64,000 nucleotides of DNA from Guillardia theta CCMP2712 (lineage: Eukaryota; Protista; Cryptophyta), in assembly GCF_000315625.1 (NCBI RefSeq), contig NW_005434665.1, positions 238,893 through 302,892 on the forward strand, read 5' to 3'. The position numbers were made by a program, and so were the translations under genes. The notes under the pieces are model-generated. The model saw only the letters and a list, made by a program, of their open reading frames with translations. It ran no database searches and was not told the origin of the DNA. Below, piece by piece: positions 23,100 to 33,781 of the stretch; position 1 is the first letter of the stretch, and each line of letters opens with the position of its first letter.

Positions 23100-25268
23100 A
23101 TGGTTGTGTACAACTTCAAGAAGATCGCCCCTGTCCCGACGTCCAAAGATTTCGTCGATGTTGTGCTCAGCAAGACCCAGAGACAAACGCCGACGGTTGT
23201 TCACAAGCAGTATGCCATCGGGCGAATCAGAGCCTTCTACATGCGCAAGGTCAAGTACGCGCAGCAGTGCTACGAGGAGAAGATTGCCCGCATCCTCGAT
23301 GAGTTTCCTCGGCTGAACGACATTCACCCCTTCTATGCAGACCTGATGAATGTGCTGTATGACAGAGATCACTACAAGCTTGCTCTTGGTCAGCTCAACA
23401 TGGCACGAGGGCTCATAGACAAGATAGGAAAGGACTACCTGAGGCTCCTCAAGTTCGGCGACTCCCTGTACCGCTGCAAGCAGCTCAAGAGAGCTGCGCT
23501 GGGTCGCATGTGCACGTTGATGAAGAAGCTCAAGTCTTCGCTGGAGTACCTCGAGCAAGTCCGCCAGCACTTGGCTCGCTTGCCTTCCATCGACCCCAAC
23601 ACGCGCACCCTCCTGATCTGTGGATTCCCCAACGTCGGGAAGTCCTCCTTCATGAACAAGGTGACGAGAGCAGATGTGGAGGTGCAGCCGTACGCGTTCA
23701 CCACCAAGTCGCTCTTCGTCGGCCACATGGACTACAAGTACCTTCGATGGCAGGTGATCGACACGCCAGGGATCCTCGACCACTCGCTGGAGGAGCGAAA
23801 CACGATCGAGATGCAGTCGGTGACGGCGCTTGTGCACCTCAAGGCGTGCATCCTCTACTTCGTCGACCTCTCTGAGCAGTGCGGGTACTCGATCAAGCAG
23901 CAGGTCTCTCTCTTCCAGAACATCAAGCCTCTCTTCGAAGGGAAGCCCCTCATGGTGGTGCTCAACAAGAGCGACATGAAGACCGTTGACCAGTGCTCGC
24001 CGGAGGAGCAGGAGCTTGTGAAGACGATGCAAGGGGCCAACGTCCAGTTTATCACCTGCTCGACTCTCACGGAAGAAGGAGTGACGGGGCTCAAGACTGT
24101 CGCCTGCGACGCTCTGCTCACTCATAGGGTCAACACTAAGATTTCCCGCGCCGAGAAGGCAGGAAAGGAATCTAGCGTGCTGGACGGGATCCACGTTGCC
24201 ATGCCGGAGAATCGAGACACGTCCGAGAGGCCGCCAATCATCCCTTCCTCTGTCATGGCTCGGATGCAACAGGGAGAGACGACCAAGACGCAACGGAAGC
24301 TGCAAAAGGAGATCCAAGAAGAGTGTGGAGGAGCTGGAGTGTACTCGATGGACTACCGAGAGCAGTACCTCGGGCTCAAGAAGGAAGACTGGAAGTTTGA
24401 CATCATCCCGGAGATCATGGACGGGAAGAACATCGCTGACTTCGTTGACCCCGACATCGAGCGCATGCTTGAGGAACTCGAGCGCGAGGAGGAGGAGAGG
24501 GAAGCTCGCGGAGAGTACGATGAAGATCCTGACGCGCTGGATGACGGGCTGACGGAGGTAAGGAAGACGATGCGAGTGAGGGAGGAGCTTGACGATGATG
24601 AACAGGTTGAGCGTGAGCAGCTGGATGCGGCGAGGAGGAAGAAAGCAACGCTGAGGCACGAGAGCATGATGGCCAGGTCGAGAAACCATCCCACCATGCC
24701 CAGGACTGTCGCAGCGAACAGACGAGGAGACTTGTCGGCTCGCGGTCGCTCCATGGACGAGCATCTCGAAGAGCTCGGTTACGACGAGGACATTGTGAGT
24801 CTGCAGTTGTGATGGCGGATGTGCTGACGATGACACAACAGGGGGCGAGGAAGAGAGCGCGTTCCATGTCGGAGGCAAGAGGCAGGAGCAGAACCAGGAA
24901 GGAGCGCATGGACGTTGAGGAGGGAGAGGAGGGAGAAGCTATGGACGTGGACGGTGAGCGTGCAGCGAAGAAGATGAGAATGGCAAGCCGGAGCAGAAGC
25001 CAGAGCGTTCCAAGGGATGTTGCCGGTCATGCGTACAAGGACAAGACGCAGCAAGAGAAGGCAAAGAAGGTAAGAGCGAGGAGGCGTGCTCCTCGCCTTG
25101 CTGACGCTCAGATGCTCTCAGATTACCAAGAAGGTGGTCAAGAGCGCGATGAAGGTGAAGGGCAAGGGGACGGCAAGGAAAGGAGAGGCCGACCGACATG
25201 TCCCCAACTTCAAGCCCAAACATCTCCTTACCGGCAAGCGCGGGATCGGCAAGACGGATCGGCGCTAA
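23100..25268 (+). CDS. NOG1: Nucleolar GTP-binding protein 1
   Basis: MVVYNFKKI...[51 protein letters not shown], and C-terminal [18 protein letters not shown]; three short 3' introns. Confidence 0.98.
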
Positions 25269-25446
25269 GAGCCTGTGGGACGAGCGAGAAGCTCGAGAGA
25301 GAAGAAGAGAGAAGTCGTCGGAGATGCCAGTTCGAAAGTGTCTCTCTGTTTGTGTATCCTCACTTAGTGAAGAACTTTTCAAATCCAGCTCTCCTCTTGC
25401 GTCCTTGTCCCTCTCCCTCCCTCCTGCTTCTCCTCTCCCTGAAACT

Positions 25447-26956
25447 TCATACGACATCCTCCAGGCTCTCCCATCCCCGTGGACCTCCAGACTGACAACC
25501 GACCCGCTCTGCTTCACTTCTCCTGCTGCGCAGCCAGTCACTCGCGCGTTCAGCAATCTCAACACGCACCTTCGAGTCCAGTTGGACGTACCGATCCCAC
25601 GAGTACCTGCACACTCCAATGAGAAGATGCGAGAGAGAAGCAGAGGGGTACATGGCAGATCCTAGGAGAGTGAGGAAGATGCCCAGGACGTTGACGCCCG
25701 TGACTTTGTTCCGGTAGAAGGCGATTCCAAGAGCTGCTTGCAAGGCGCTCTTTGCACAACTTGAAATGTGAGTTGTCAACGGGGATCCGTGCCTGCAGCA
25801 GGTTGAAAGGAGAACAACTTGGGACTGGGCTCACTTGATCAAGGCAAAGTACGCAAGGTTGATGAGGAATCCAAACAAGGCCGAGGCCGTCATGATGGCC
25901 CAGAAAGAGCGCTGGTAGAAGTGCTCGTTCTTGACCGCGTTGCTATACTCTCCTGACACGATCACGAGCGGCGCCGTCATGATCGTCGCCAAGATCGTCG
26001 TGTAGTGCATCAAGCGCCATGTTGAACCGTTCACAAGGTTGAGGACCTGGAGGGGGAGGGGGAGTCAGATCCGATCTAGCAGCATCAAAAAGTGGAAGGA
26101 GAACCTTCTTGACGTAAGTGGAGTAGAGGGCCATGAAAAGGGAAGCCAAGCATCCAGTGAACTAACAAAAACCTCGAGTCACAGCTCATCGTAGCACAAG
26201 GGGAAAGAGAAGTAGATGGCAAGCAAAGAAAATAGAAAGAGAGCTCACAAATCCTTCATAAGTGAAATTCAGCTCGCTGATGGATCCAAGGAAGAAACCC
26301 AACATCACTACAAGGCAGCAGCCCAGAGTTCGCATCCTCGGCAGGTAACCAAGAATCACAAAGCTCGAGAGGATGTTCAGCGGGATCACAAGTGAGCGCA
26401 AAATTTGATAGAAAGAAACGTCGACAAATCGAAGGCAGTAGTTGGTCATGGAAAGCATGCCGACGTACAGGAATGTCACCGGTACCACCTGGACCGCTAT
26501 TGACATGTCGAATTCAGGCGGCGGGGCAAACGAGAATGTCTTGTCCCACAAGCCTGCCGTCCCAATGATCCACAGGAGAATCCATGTGATGATGAGCTGA
26601 AAGTTGGTCACGAACAAAGGGAAGTGAAACTGTCGGAAGATCGACTTATTCATGAAGGTAAGGGACAGGGAGGTTGCGAAGTAGAATAGCACAGCTAGCA
26701 AGACTTTGTGCGTTCTCGTCAAGCTTCCACTCGAAGTGTGCATCCAACTCCATGATCCGCTCCTTGTGCTGCACGAACGATCGATATGAGCAATACGATG
26801 AGGTACCCTGCCTCGCCCCCCAGACAGACGGGAAAGGGGCGGAATCGATTGAGGAATCCTAGGGGGCGATGGAAGAGCATCAACCGCGCAGGTAAGGAAT
26901 GAAAGAGCCATGGCAGTCAAAAATGATGACAAGGTGAGCTGAAGAACACTCGTCAT
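25447..26956 (-). CDS. Nucleotide-sugar transporter (GDP-fucose transporter/SLC35C-like, TPT superfamily) with N-terminal signal-like extension
   Basis: YFATSLSLTFMNK, PLFVTNFQ, NYCLRFVDVSFYQILRSL, ALYSTYVKK, PLTTHISSCAKSALQ; multiple hydrophobic helices. Last exon uncertain. Confidence 0.85.
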
Positions 26957-27653
26957 TGGTCGGAGAAGCTTGCAGTCTCAATTCCGAACAGATGCGACCA
27001 ATGAAGGGTGAGGGGATAAACTGTTCAGTACAGTGACGGATCAACGAATGAGACCCAAGTTTGTACGAGCATGTTCAAGAAACTGTACAAGAAACATCTG
27101 GGCGGGTTGAGATGCACGAGTAGCCGATCACAAGGCGCCTCATTCCTCCATTCTTTCCCCTCCATTCTCCATGCCCTCCTGCCATGTCTGGGGTGATCAT
27201 CCACCCTACCCCCTCTTTGAGCTTGTTAAAATCCTTGACTACCCCTCATATTCACTTCGCTACCCCCATAGTTCCCCATAAAATCACCCTACCCGTCTCG
27301 TACCAATAGAACTTCACTCAACTCGAAGGCTCGCCTGGTCGAACTCAGTGAGAGTCGTAGCAACCCGGTCACTCAACCAGGGCCCCGGCCCCGGGCCCGC
27401 CGAGCCGGGATGGTCTGAGTGGGGATGAGGTTTATCTCTTCACAGTTTGCGAAGAGACGCGCGACCTTTGAGGAGCTGAAGGGTTTTACATAGGGGGTAG
27501 GGGTGAAAATATGAGGGGTAGTGGAAAATGAAGGGGTATTTAGTAGGGGTGGTTTTGATAGGCTTATTGGGTGTTCAATGGGATGATTTTCTAAAACATT
27601 GGTGGGTGAGAAGTGGTAGGGAGGGGGTAGGGGAGAGAGGGAGGGGGTGTGGG

Positions 27654-27662
27654 CTATATATA
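27654..27662 (+). promoter_or_regulatory. Candidate TATA box of the 56-aa gene
   Basis: CTATATATA about 35-40 bp before a putative donor (GTCAGT, 27696) whose intron would end at CAG 27911, directly before the ATG. Confidence 0.45.
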
Positions 27663-27911
27663 CCGAGGTGGCAAAACGGTTCGCAAACAGAGACGGTCAG
27701 TACGATGAGAACATGAACACTGAAATGATATGATATCTCGCGGTTTTTCCTTGTTCTTCCGTTGATGAGATGAGAGAAAAGAGAGGGAGCATACATATTC
27801 CTTGTGTCCTGTTGTGTTTCGTACCTCATGTATTCCCCATGAAGAACATGAGAGCTCCTTTTTATGTTTACATCTGTCGATGTCATAGTTTGTGTCTGAC
27901 AACATTAGCAG

Positions 27912-28082
27912 ATGATCTGCAAGCTCTTTGACCTCGAGGACTACGCCGGTACCTACCGCGAGACCCGCAACGCCTACCTCAAGGCCGCCAACCAGCTCAA
28001 GCTCGCCACTGGCCCCTACAAGGCTGCCCGCGATGCCTACGTCGCTGCCACCGCCACCTACACCAAGTCCCTCTACGAGTAA
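27912..28082 (+). CDS. 56-aa Tyr/Ala-rich protein, probable cryptophyte ejectisome (trichocyst) ribbon protein of the Tri/ejectisin type
   Basis: MICKLFDLEDYAGTYRETRNAYLKAANQLKLATGPYKAARDAYVAATATYTKSLYE*. Almost all codons end in C/G; about 6 kDa; absent from the ORF track. The family call is from recalled resemblance, not a search. Confidence 0.7.
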   Translation: MICKLFDLEDYAGTYRETRNAYLKAANQLKLATGPYKAARDAYVAATATYTKSLYE

Positions 28083-29119
28083 ATTGTCCTCCAGACAATG
28101 TCGAAGAGCAAGCAGGGGATATCGGCAGATTCGTTTTGCAATGAAACCTTTGTAAAATACTCCTGTACCATTGTTACACCCCGCCTGCCACACATGACAT
28201 TTCAAGGTTTCACACGAATTTTGTTGCTTTGCACATTCGAGTTGGACTGAATGTTGTATCTTGAGTTCCGCTCCAGTGCGATGCGTGCACGTTGGCAAGC
28301 GAGTCTGGCGATCGACTGTTGGGTTGGAAGATACTCTATGAAGAGACTCATGAAATCTGCTCTTGTGGGGTTGCCATCGAACTCGGATTGTGCAGAATCT
28401 TTGTAGTTCACTGACGTCGGCTGCTTGGAGCCGACACAGTATTCCTTTCTTTGAAAATTTAAACCTCTGTGTCCACTGCTCGTCATTTTCACCTGTTGTA
28501 GTCGAACTCGTCCTGCTCTTCTGCTGAGCTGAACAGCGCTCCCCTGGATCTCAACTACATACTGATCACACCTGTCACTTCCTCTTGTTCTTCAAACTCC
28601 ATTATCTCTCCTCGCCTTCTCTTCGTCTCCTGTCATCTTATCTACATTGCAAATCACGCGAATCACGTTCTGTTGCTAGTAGGCCACAAGCGTGGTGGTA
28701 GGCATCTGGACATATAGGGGGTGGTCAAAGGGTTTTAGGGGGGTGGGGGTAAAGGGATCGGGTGCATGCAAGGCAGGGGGGCAGGGGGCGGAGGGTGAGG
28801 GCCAGAGGAGGAGGAGGAGAGTATGTGAGTGACAGTTGAGATGAGAAGTGAGCTGTGGGATCAGCTTGTAGCTGAAGGAGGAGCAACATAGTCTGGCTGA
28901 AAGAGGGTTGGTGTGCACGGAATACTGATCAGCTATGACGAGGATCGTTCTAGAAGGGTTAACAGTCAGTCCATCACAACCTCTGCGTTCGCTCCTCCCC
29001 GTTTCATCGTCTCCCATACTTTTTCTTCTCTGCCTCCTGATGACTCTGCTTGCTCAGGTTCAAGTCAGCCCACCTCGGTCTCGAAGTCTGCATAATTGCC
29101 TGCTATACATGAGGGAAAG

Positions 29120-32100
29120 ATGAACACAATGGCGCACGTAGCAAGGGCAAGGCTCGCGCGCGTGGGCGCCATGGCTGTATCTGGGCTGCTGAGGAGCGGA
29201 ACTCGAAGAGCATTGAAGATCAGAGCTCCGACGCAAGTTGTGTGGGGCAGGAGCCATCGATGCGTGACTGGACTAGGAAGTGACATGTCGTGTGCTGTTG
29301 GCCATCGGAGCGTGAGTCGGAAGGAAGGAGCATGGCTATCAGGCGCTGCAGGAGAGATGGAGAACGTTCGAGAGGAGGACACTGCAGACATGAACGATCC
29401 GGAAAAGCCGGCGGGGGAGCCTAGTAAGAACAAGAGAAAGCTTTTCGTGAGGGGAATCCCTGCACATTGGAAGGAAGACGCAGTGAAGGAAACCTTTGAC
29501 AAGTTCGGGGTTATCAAAGAAATAAAGATTGTTCGGCCAGAGAAAGGAGGAAGTCAGAACGCCTCAGGTCTGTTTGACGGCTGCTCTTTCATTCTGCAGT
29601 GAGGATTGTGAACAGGAGCTTGTTTCATTGTATATGACAACGAGGCGAGTGCAAAGCAAGCTGCTGCCGAGATGGAAGGGCAAACGATGATGAACAGCCC
29701 ATCTGCTTTGAAAGTCAAGCTGCAATCATACGTCAATCAAGATGAGTCCAGCACGTCGCCAAAAAAGTTCTCCCTCTTCTGCACAGGGTGAGTTTCGATG
29801 GTCTCGCCTGCCCGCACTTCACAAAGTCTCAGCGTCTCTCCATGCAAGGACGCAAGTCCCTCACACGTCTCTGACCTCTGCATCCCCCATCAGGTTCAGG
29901 GAGAAGATTCGACCGAAGGATCTCCGAGGCCTCTTCCTGGAGCATGGATTGAAGGAGGTAAGGTTGCCCCTCACTCAACTGCTCTGATCGCTCCTATCCA
30001 GCAGGACATCAACGTTCAGATCATCAATGAAGACCATGCCATCAAGAGGAACAAGTGTCTGGCGGTGCTGAGCTTCGACACCATGGCGAGTGCGATATCA
30101 GCGATGAAGAAGCTCAACGGCAAGTACTTGAAAGCGAGCAAGCTCGAGCTCAACCCTAAGAACTTCGAATTGCCCGACGAGACTGTCGATCCTCCTCCCA
30201 AACCGAAAGCCGCAGCCTCTCCTCCACCGCCACCAGCAAAGGAAAACGGGAAGGCAACTAGCGCTAAGGAATCCGGCAAAGGCGCCAGCGCCTCACCGGC
30301 CGCTGCGGCGGTCCAGGCGTTCCCTCAGCCCAAAGTTTCAGGCAGACAGTCGAAGAAGGTCAAGTCAGATGATTCTAAGATAGTCGAGGTGAAGCCTGGC
30401 ATGACGATCAAGGAACTGGCGGAGACGATGGGCATACGTGTGGTGGACGCACTCAAGTCGCTGATCAAGATGGGAGAGGAGCCCAAGACTATCCAGGATG
30501 AGCTGACCATTGACATCGCAGAGCTTCTCGTGCTCGAGTACGGCATGCACGTCAAACTCCCTGAAGGGTCTGAGTCCATGGTTCTCGGAAGGACGTTCAC
30601 CAACGAGGAGTATCAGAAATTGGATCTCAGAGCCCCGGTGGTGACGATCATGGGACATGTGGACCATGGCAAAACAACGCTGCTGGACTACCTCCGTTCT
30701 ACCTCAGTCGCAGCGGGCGAGGTTGGGGGGATCACGCAGAGTATCGCAGCGTTTGAGGTTCACCGACCGAAGTTGGGTAAGATCTGCTTCATCGACACTC
30801 CCGGGCATCAGGCTTTCTCGTCCATGCGCGAGCGAGGAGCCAAGGCAACGGACATCATCGTGCTTGTCATTGCTGCTGAGGACGGAGTGATGCCGCAGAC
30901 CATCGAAGTCATCGATCATGCGCGAGCAGCCCAGGTTCCTATCATCATCGCCGTGAACAAGTGCGACCTCCCAGGCGCTGACCCCAACATGATCTACTCT
31001 CAGCTCATGGAGCACGGCGTCACTGTGGAGCCGTTTGGAGGAGACGTGCAGACGGTGAACATCTCGGCCCTCAGAGGCCAGGGGATCGACAAGCTGGAGG
31101 AGGCGATCCTCTTGCTGGCGGAGATGATGGACCTGCGGGCCCCGCGCGACGGGCCGGCTGAAGGATTCATCATCGAGTCAAGGAAAGACAAGGCGCTCGG
31201 CCCCGTCGCTTCCTGCGTCATCACCCTCGGGGCTCTGCGTGTCGGGGACGTGGTGGTAGCAGGAGCGGACTGGGGGAGGGTGAAGGTGCTCAGGGATGCG
31301 AAAGGAGAGTCGGTGAAGTTCGTCGGGCCCTCGTCTGTGGCGGAGGTCGTCGGGTTTCGGTCGCAGCCCTCGGCAGGGCAGGAGCTTTTCGTCGTCGAGA
31401 ACGATTCCAAGGCGGAGTCTTACACGGAAAAGTTCGGGTCAAGAAAGGGGAGCATGAAGAGGATACAGAGCTCGAAGCAGGAGGAGCACCAAGGGGAGCT
31501 GATGGAGGTTCCCGTCATCGTCAAGGCTGACTGCGAAGGAACGCTTGAAGCCGTCATGGCCTCGCTCCTCGCGCTCCCCAGCCACGAGATCGTCCTCAAG
31601 ATCATCGAGAGCGGGACAGGGCCGGTGACCGAGTCGGACGTGCAGTCGGCGAGTGCAAGCGGAGCTCACATCTACACCTTCAACTGCCGCCAACCGTCAG
31701 CCCAGCTGAAGAAGACGATCCAGAATCTTGAGGTGAAGGTTTCAGACTTCCGCATCATCTACGACCTCATCGACAACGTCACCAGCCTGCTGGTCTCCAA
31801 GCTGCCGCCCAGGGAGGAGCTGCAGGTGGTGGGAGAGGCTACCGTGCTGCAGAAGTTCGAGATCACCGGGAAGAACGCGACGGTGGTGGCAGGATCGAAG
31901 GTGACTAGGGGGATGGTGAAGTCCAAGTGCGATGTCAAGGTCATGAGGAAGGGCGAAGTGATCCACGAGGGGAAAGTCGAGACGCTGCGCAGGGGGAAGG
32001 AGACGGCGGATCAGATCATGGCGGGCAACGAGTGTGGCATCACACTGGAGTCGTTCACGGAGTTCGAGAAGGGAGACAAGATCCAGTTCTTCGAGATGGT

Positions 32101-32125
32101 GGTGACGGAGAGGAAGGAGCTCTAG
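29120..32125 (+). CDS. IF2: Bacterial-type translation initiation factor IF2, probably mitochondrial, with two N-terminal RRM domains
   Basis: Arg-rich, acid-free presequence. RRM1 KLFVRGIP...GACFIVY; RRM-like 2 FSLFCTG...LAVLSFDT..AMKKLNG. IF2-N MTIKELAE, GHVDHGKT, GGITQ, DTPGH, NKCD, KADCEGT, GNECGI. Confidence 0.93.
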
Positions 32126-32193
32126 TAGTCGCATGGCCCAACTTGTTGATTGCACGGTTACTGTACAAGACTTCTGGTCTCTCCCCAAGGGGG

Positions 32194-33738
32194 TTAAGGC
32201 TGCCTGTCGTCGCTCAGCAGCGGCTCCACGAGTGGGAGGAACGCTGGGACCTCGGGGTGGGGGAGCGCAGGGCCCGACAGTCCCTTCTCCTCCCCAGTCC
32301 CGTTCCAGCCTAGCGATCCGCCGCCCTCCCCCCATCCCACCTGGTGCGCCGCCGAGTCCTCCCGCACCTCGTGCTGCCCGAGGGGCGAGTAAGGCGCCTT
32401 GATAGAGTCGAGAGTCCACTCGAAGGGAGGATGGGAGTGAGCGAAGACGTCGGCATGTCCGTTGGCGATGGTGAGGTCAACCAGATCCTTCAGGAGGCTG
32501 TCCTCCTGCCCGCCCGAGTGCGCCTTGGCTGAGCTGAAATCGATCAGCAGCGCCTCTTGCTGGTGCAGGGGCACGTGCCCCTGCTCCTCCTGCTCCTCCT
32601 GCTCCTCCTGCTCCTTCTCGTCGTTGTTGCGTTCCTGATCTTGGCTCTCCTCAGGAGGTAATGTCTCCTGAGAGGAACCAGGTCCCGCGAGCATGTCCGC
32701 CGCTCTCCGCTGATCGTTGAGCTCCTGGAAGAACTTGGTCTGCAGAGAGCAGTCGTCATCCTCCTCCTCTTCCCGCCCCCCCGCCCCCTCTCCTCCCCTT
32801 CATCCCCGTCCACTCTCCCCCAACCTCCTCGCTCCTCCTCTCTCCCCAACATCCTCCTGCTCCACCTGCTTCTCCAACTCCTCCTCTGTCCAATCGAGCG
32901 ACTGATTCGACTTCCCGTTGTGCACGTGCATGGCCCAGCGCGTGGCGGAGGGGCCAAACCATTCCTCCTTCCATGGCGTCTCGTCCCTCTCCACCTCCCC
33001 GCTCAGCTGCGGACGTATGAGGAAGTGAAGAGAGAGAAGGTGCAGTTGGGGGAAGAGCAGAAGAGGAGAAGGTAATGACGATGGGGGCGAGGAGGAGGAG
33101 GTAGAGGAGGAGGAGGAGGAGGAGGAGGAGGAGGAGGAGGAAAGGGTTTCTTCCACCTTATCGTGGTCTCCTGTGATGCGCGAGTTCGGATCAGGGAGGA
33201 GGCCAGCATCGATGAAAACCTTGATGAGCATGTGGTTGCCCTGCGATGAATGATGAGAGAAGAGAGGAAGGGAGGAGAGGTGCGACTTACCTTAATGTAA
33301 CCTTTCTCATCTTTGAGATACATGGGCTATAGACAAGCATGAGGAACTGCCAGCGAGCTGGGGAGGAAGGGAACCAAGAGCGAGTGGGGGAATGGAGAGA
33401 GGAGGAAGAGGGAGACTGGGAGGGAAAGGAGGAAACTAGATGGGGTACCTTGTATACTGTTGTTTTCTGACGATTCGCCATCTCATTCAGCTCATCTCTC
33501 ATAGAGTAAAAAAGCCCCCGCATTGACATCTTGCTTTTCTTCTCCTCCTCCTTGCTCCGCTTCTCCTCCTCCTTGTCTAGCTCCGGCTGTCGAAAGATGC
33601 CGCAGTCAGACAGTGAGGAGCATCGAAAAGGGGAAGGAAGAAGGAAGAGGGGAGGCGGTGATGATAAGGAGTGACTGACTTCGTTCAAGGACAAGAAGCT
33701 GCAGGAGTTGAGTGGTGGTGGTGGTGGTGGTGGTGGTG

Positions 33739-33781
<43 letters not shown>

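Noticed and set aside
23088-24878. 596-aa minus-strand ORF
   Set aside because: Antisense shadow of NOG1 caused by GC-rich codon bias.
27654-28298. 214-aa minus-strand Gly/Val-rich ORF
   Set aside because: Antisense of the codon-biased 56-aa plus-strand gene.
28202-28640. Possible small minus-strand gene (MEFEEQEEVT.. / 96-aa ORF)
   Set aside because: Some splice-like sites, but no consistent model or recognisable motif.
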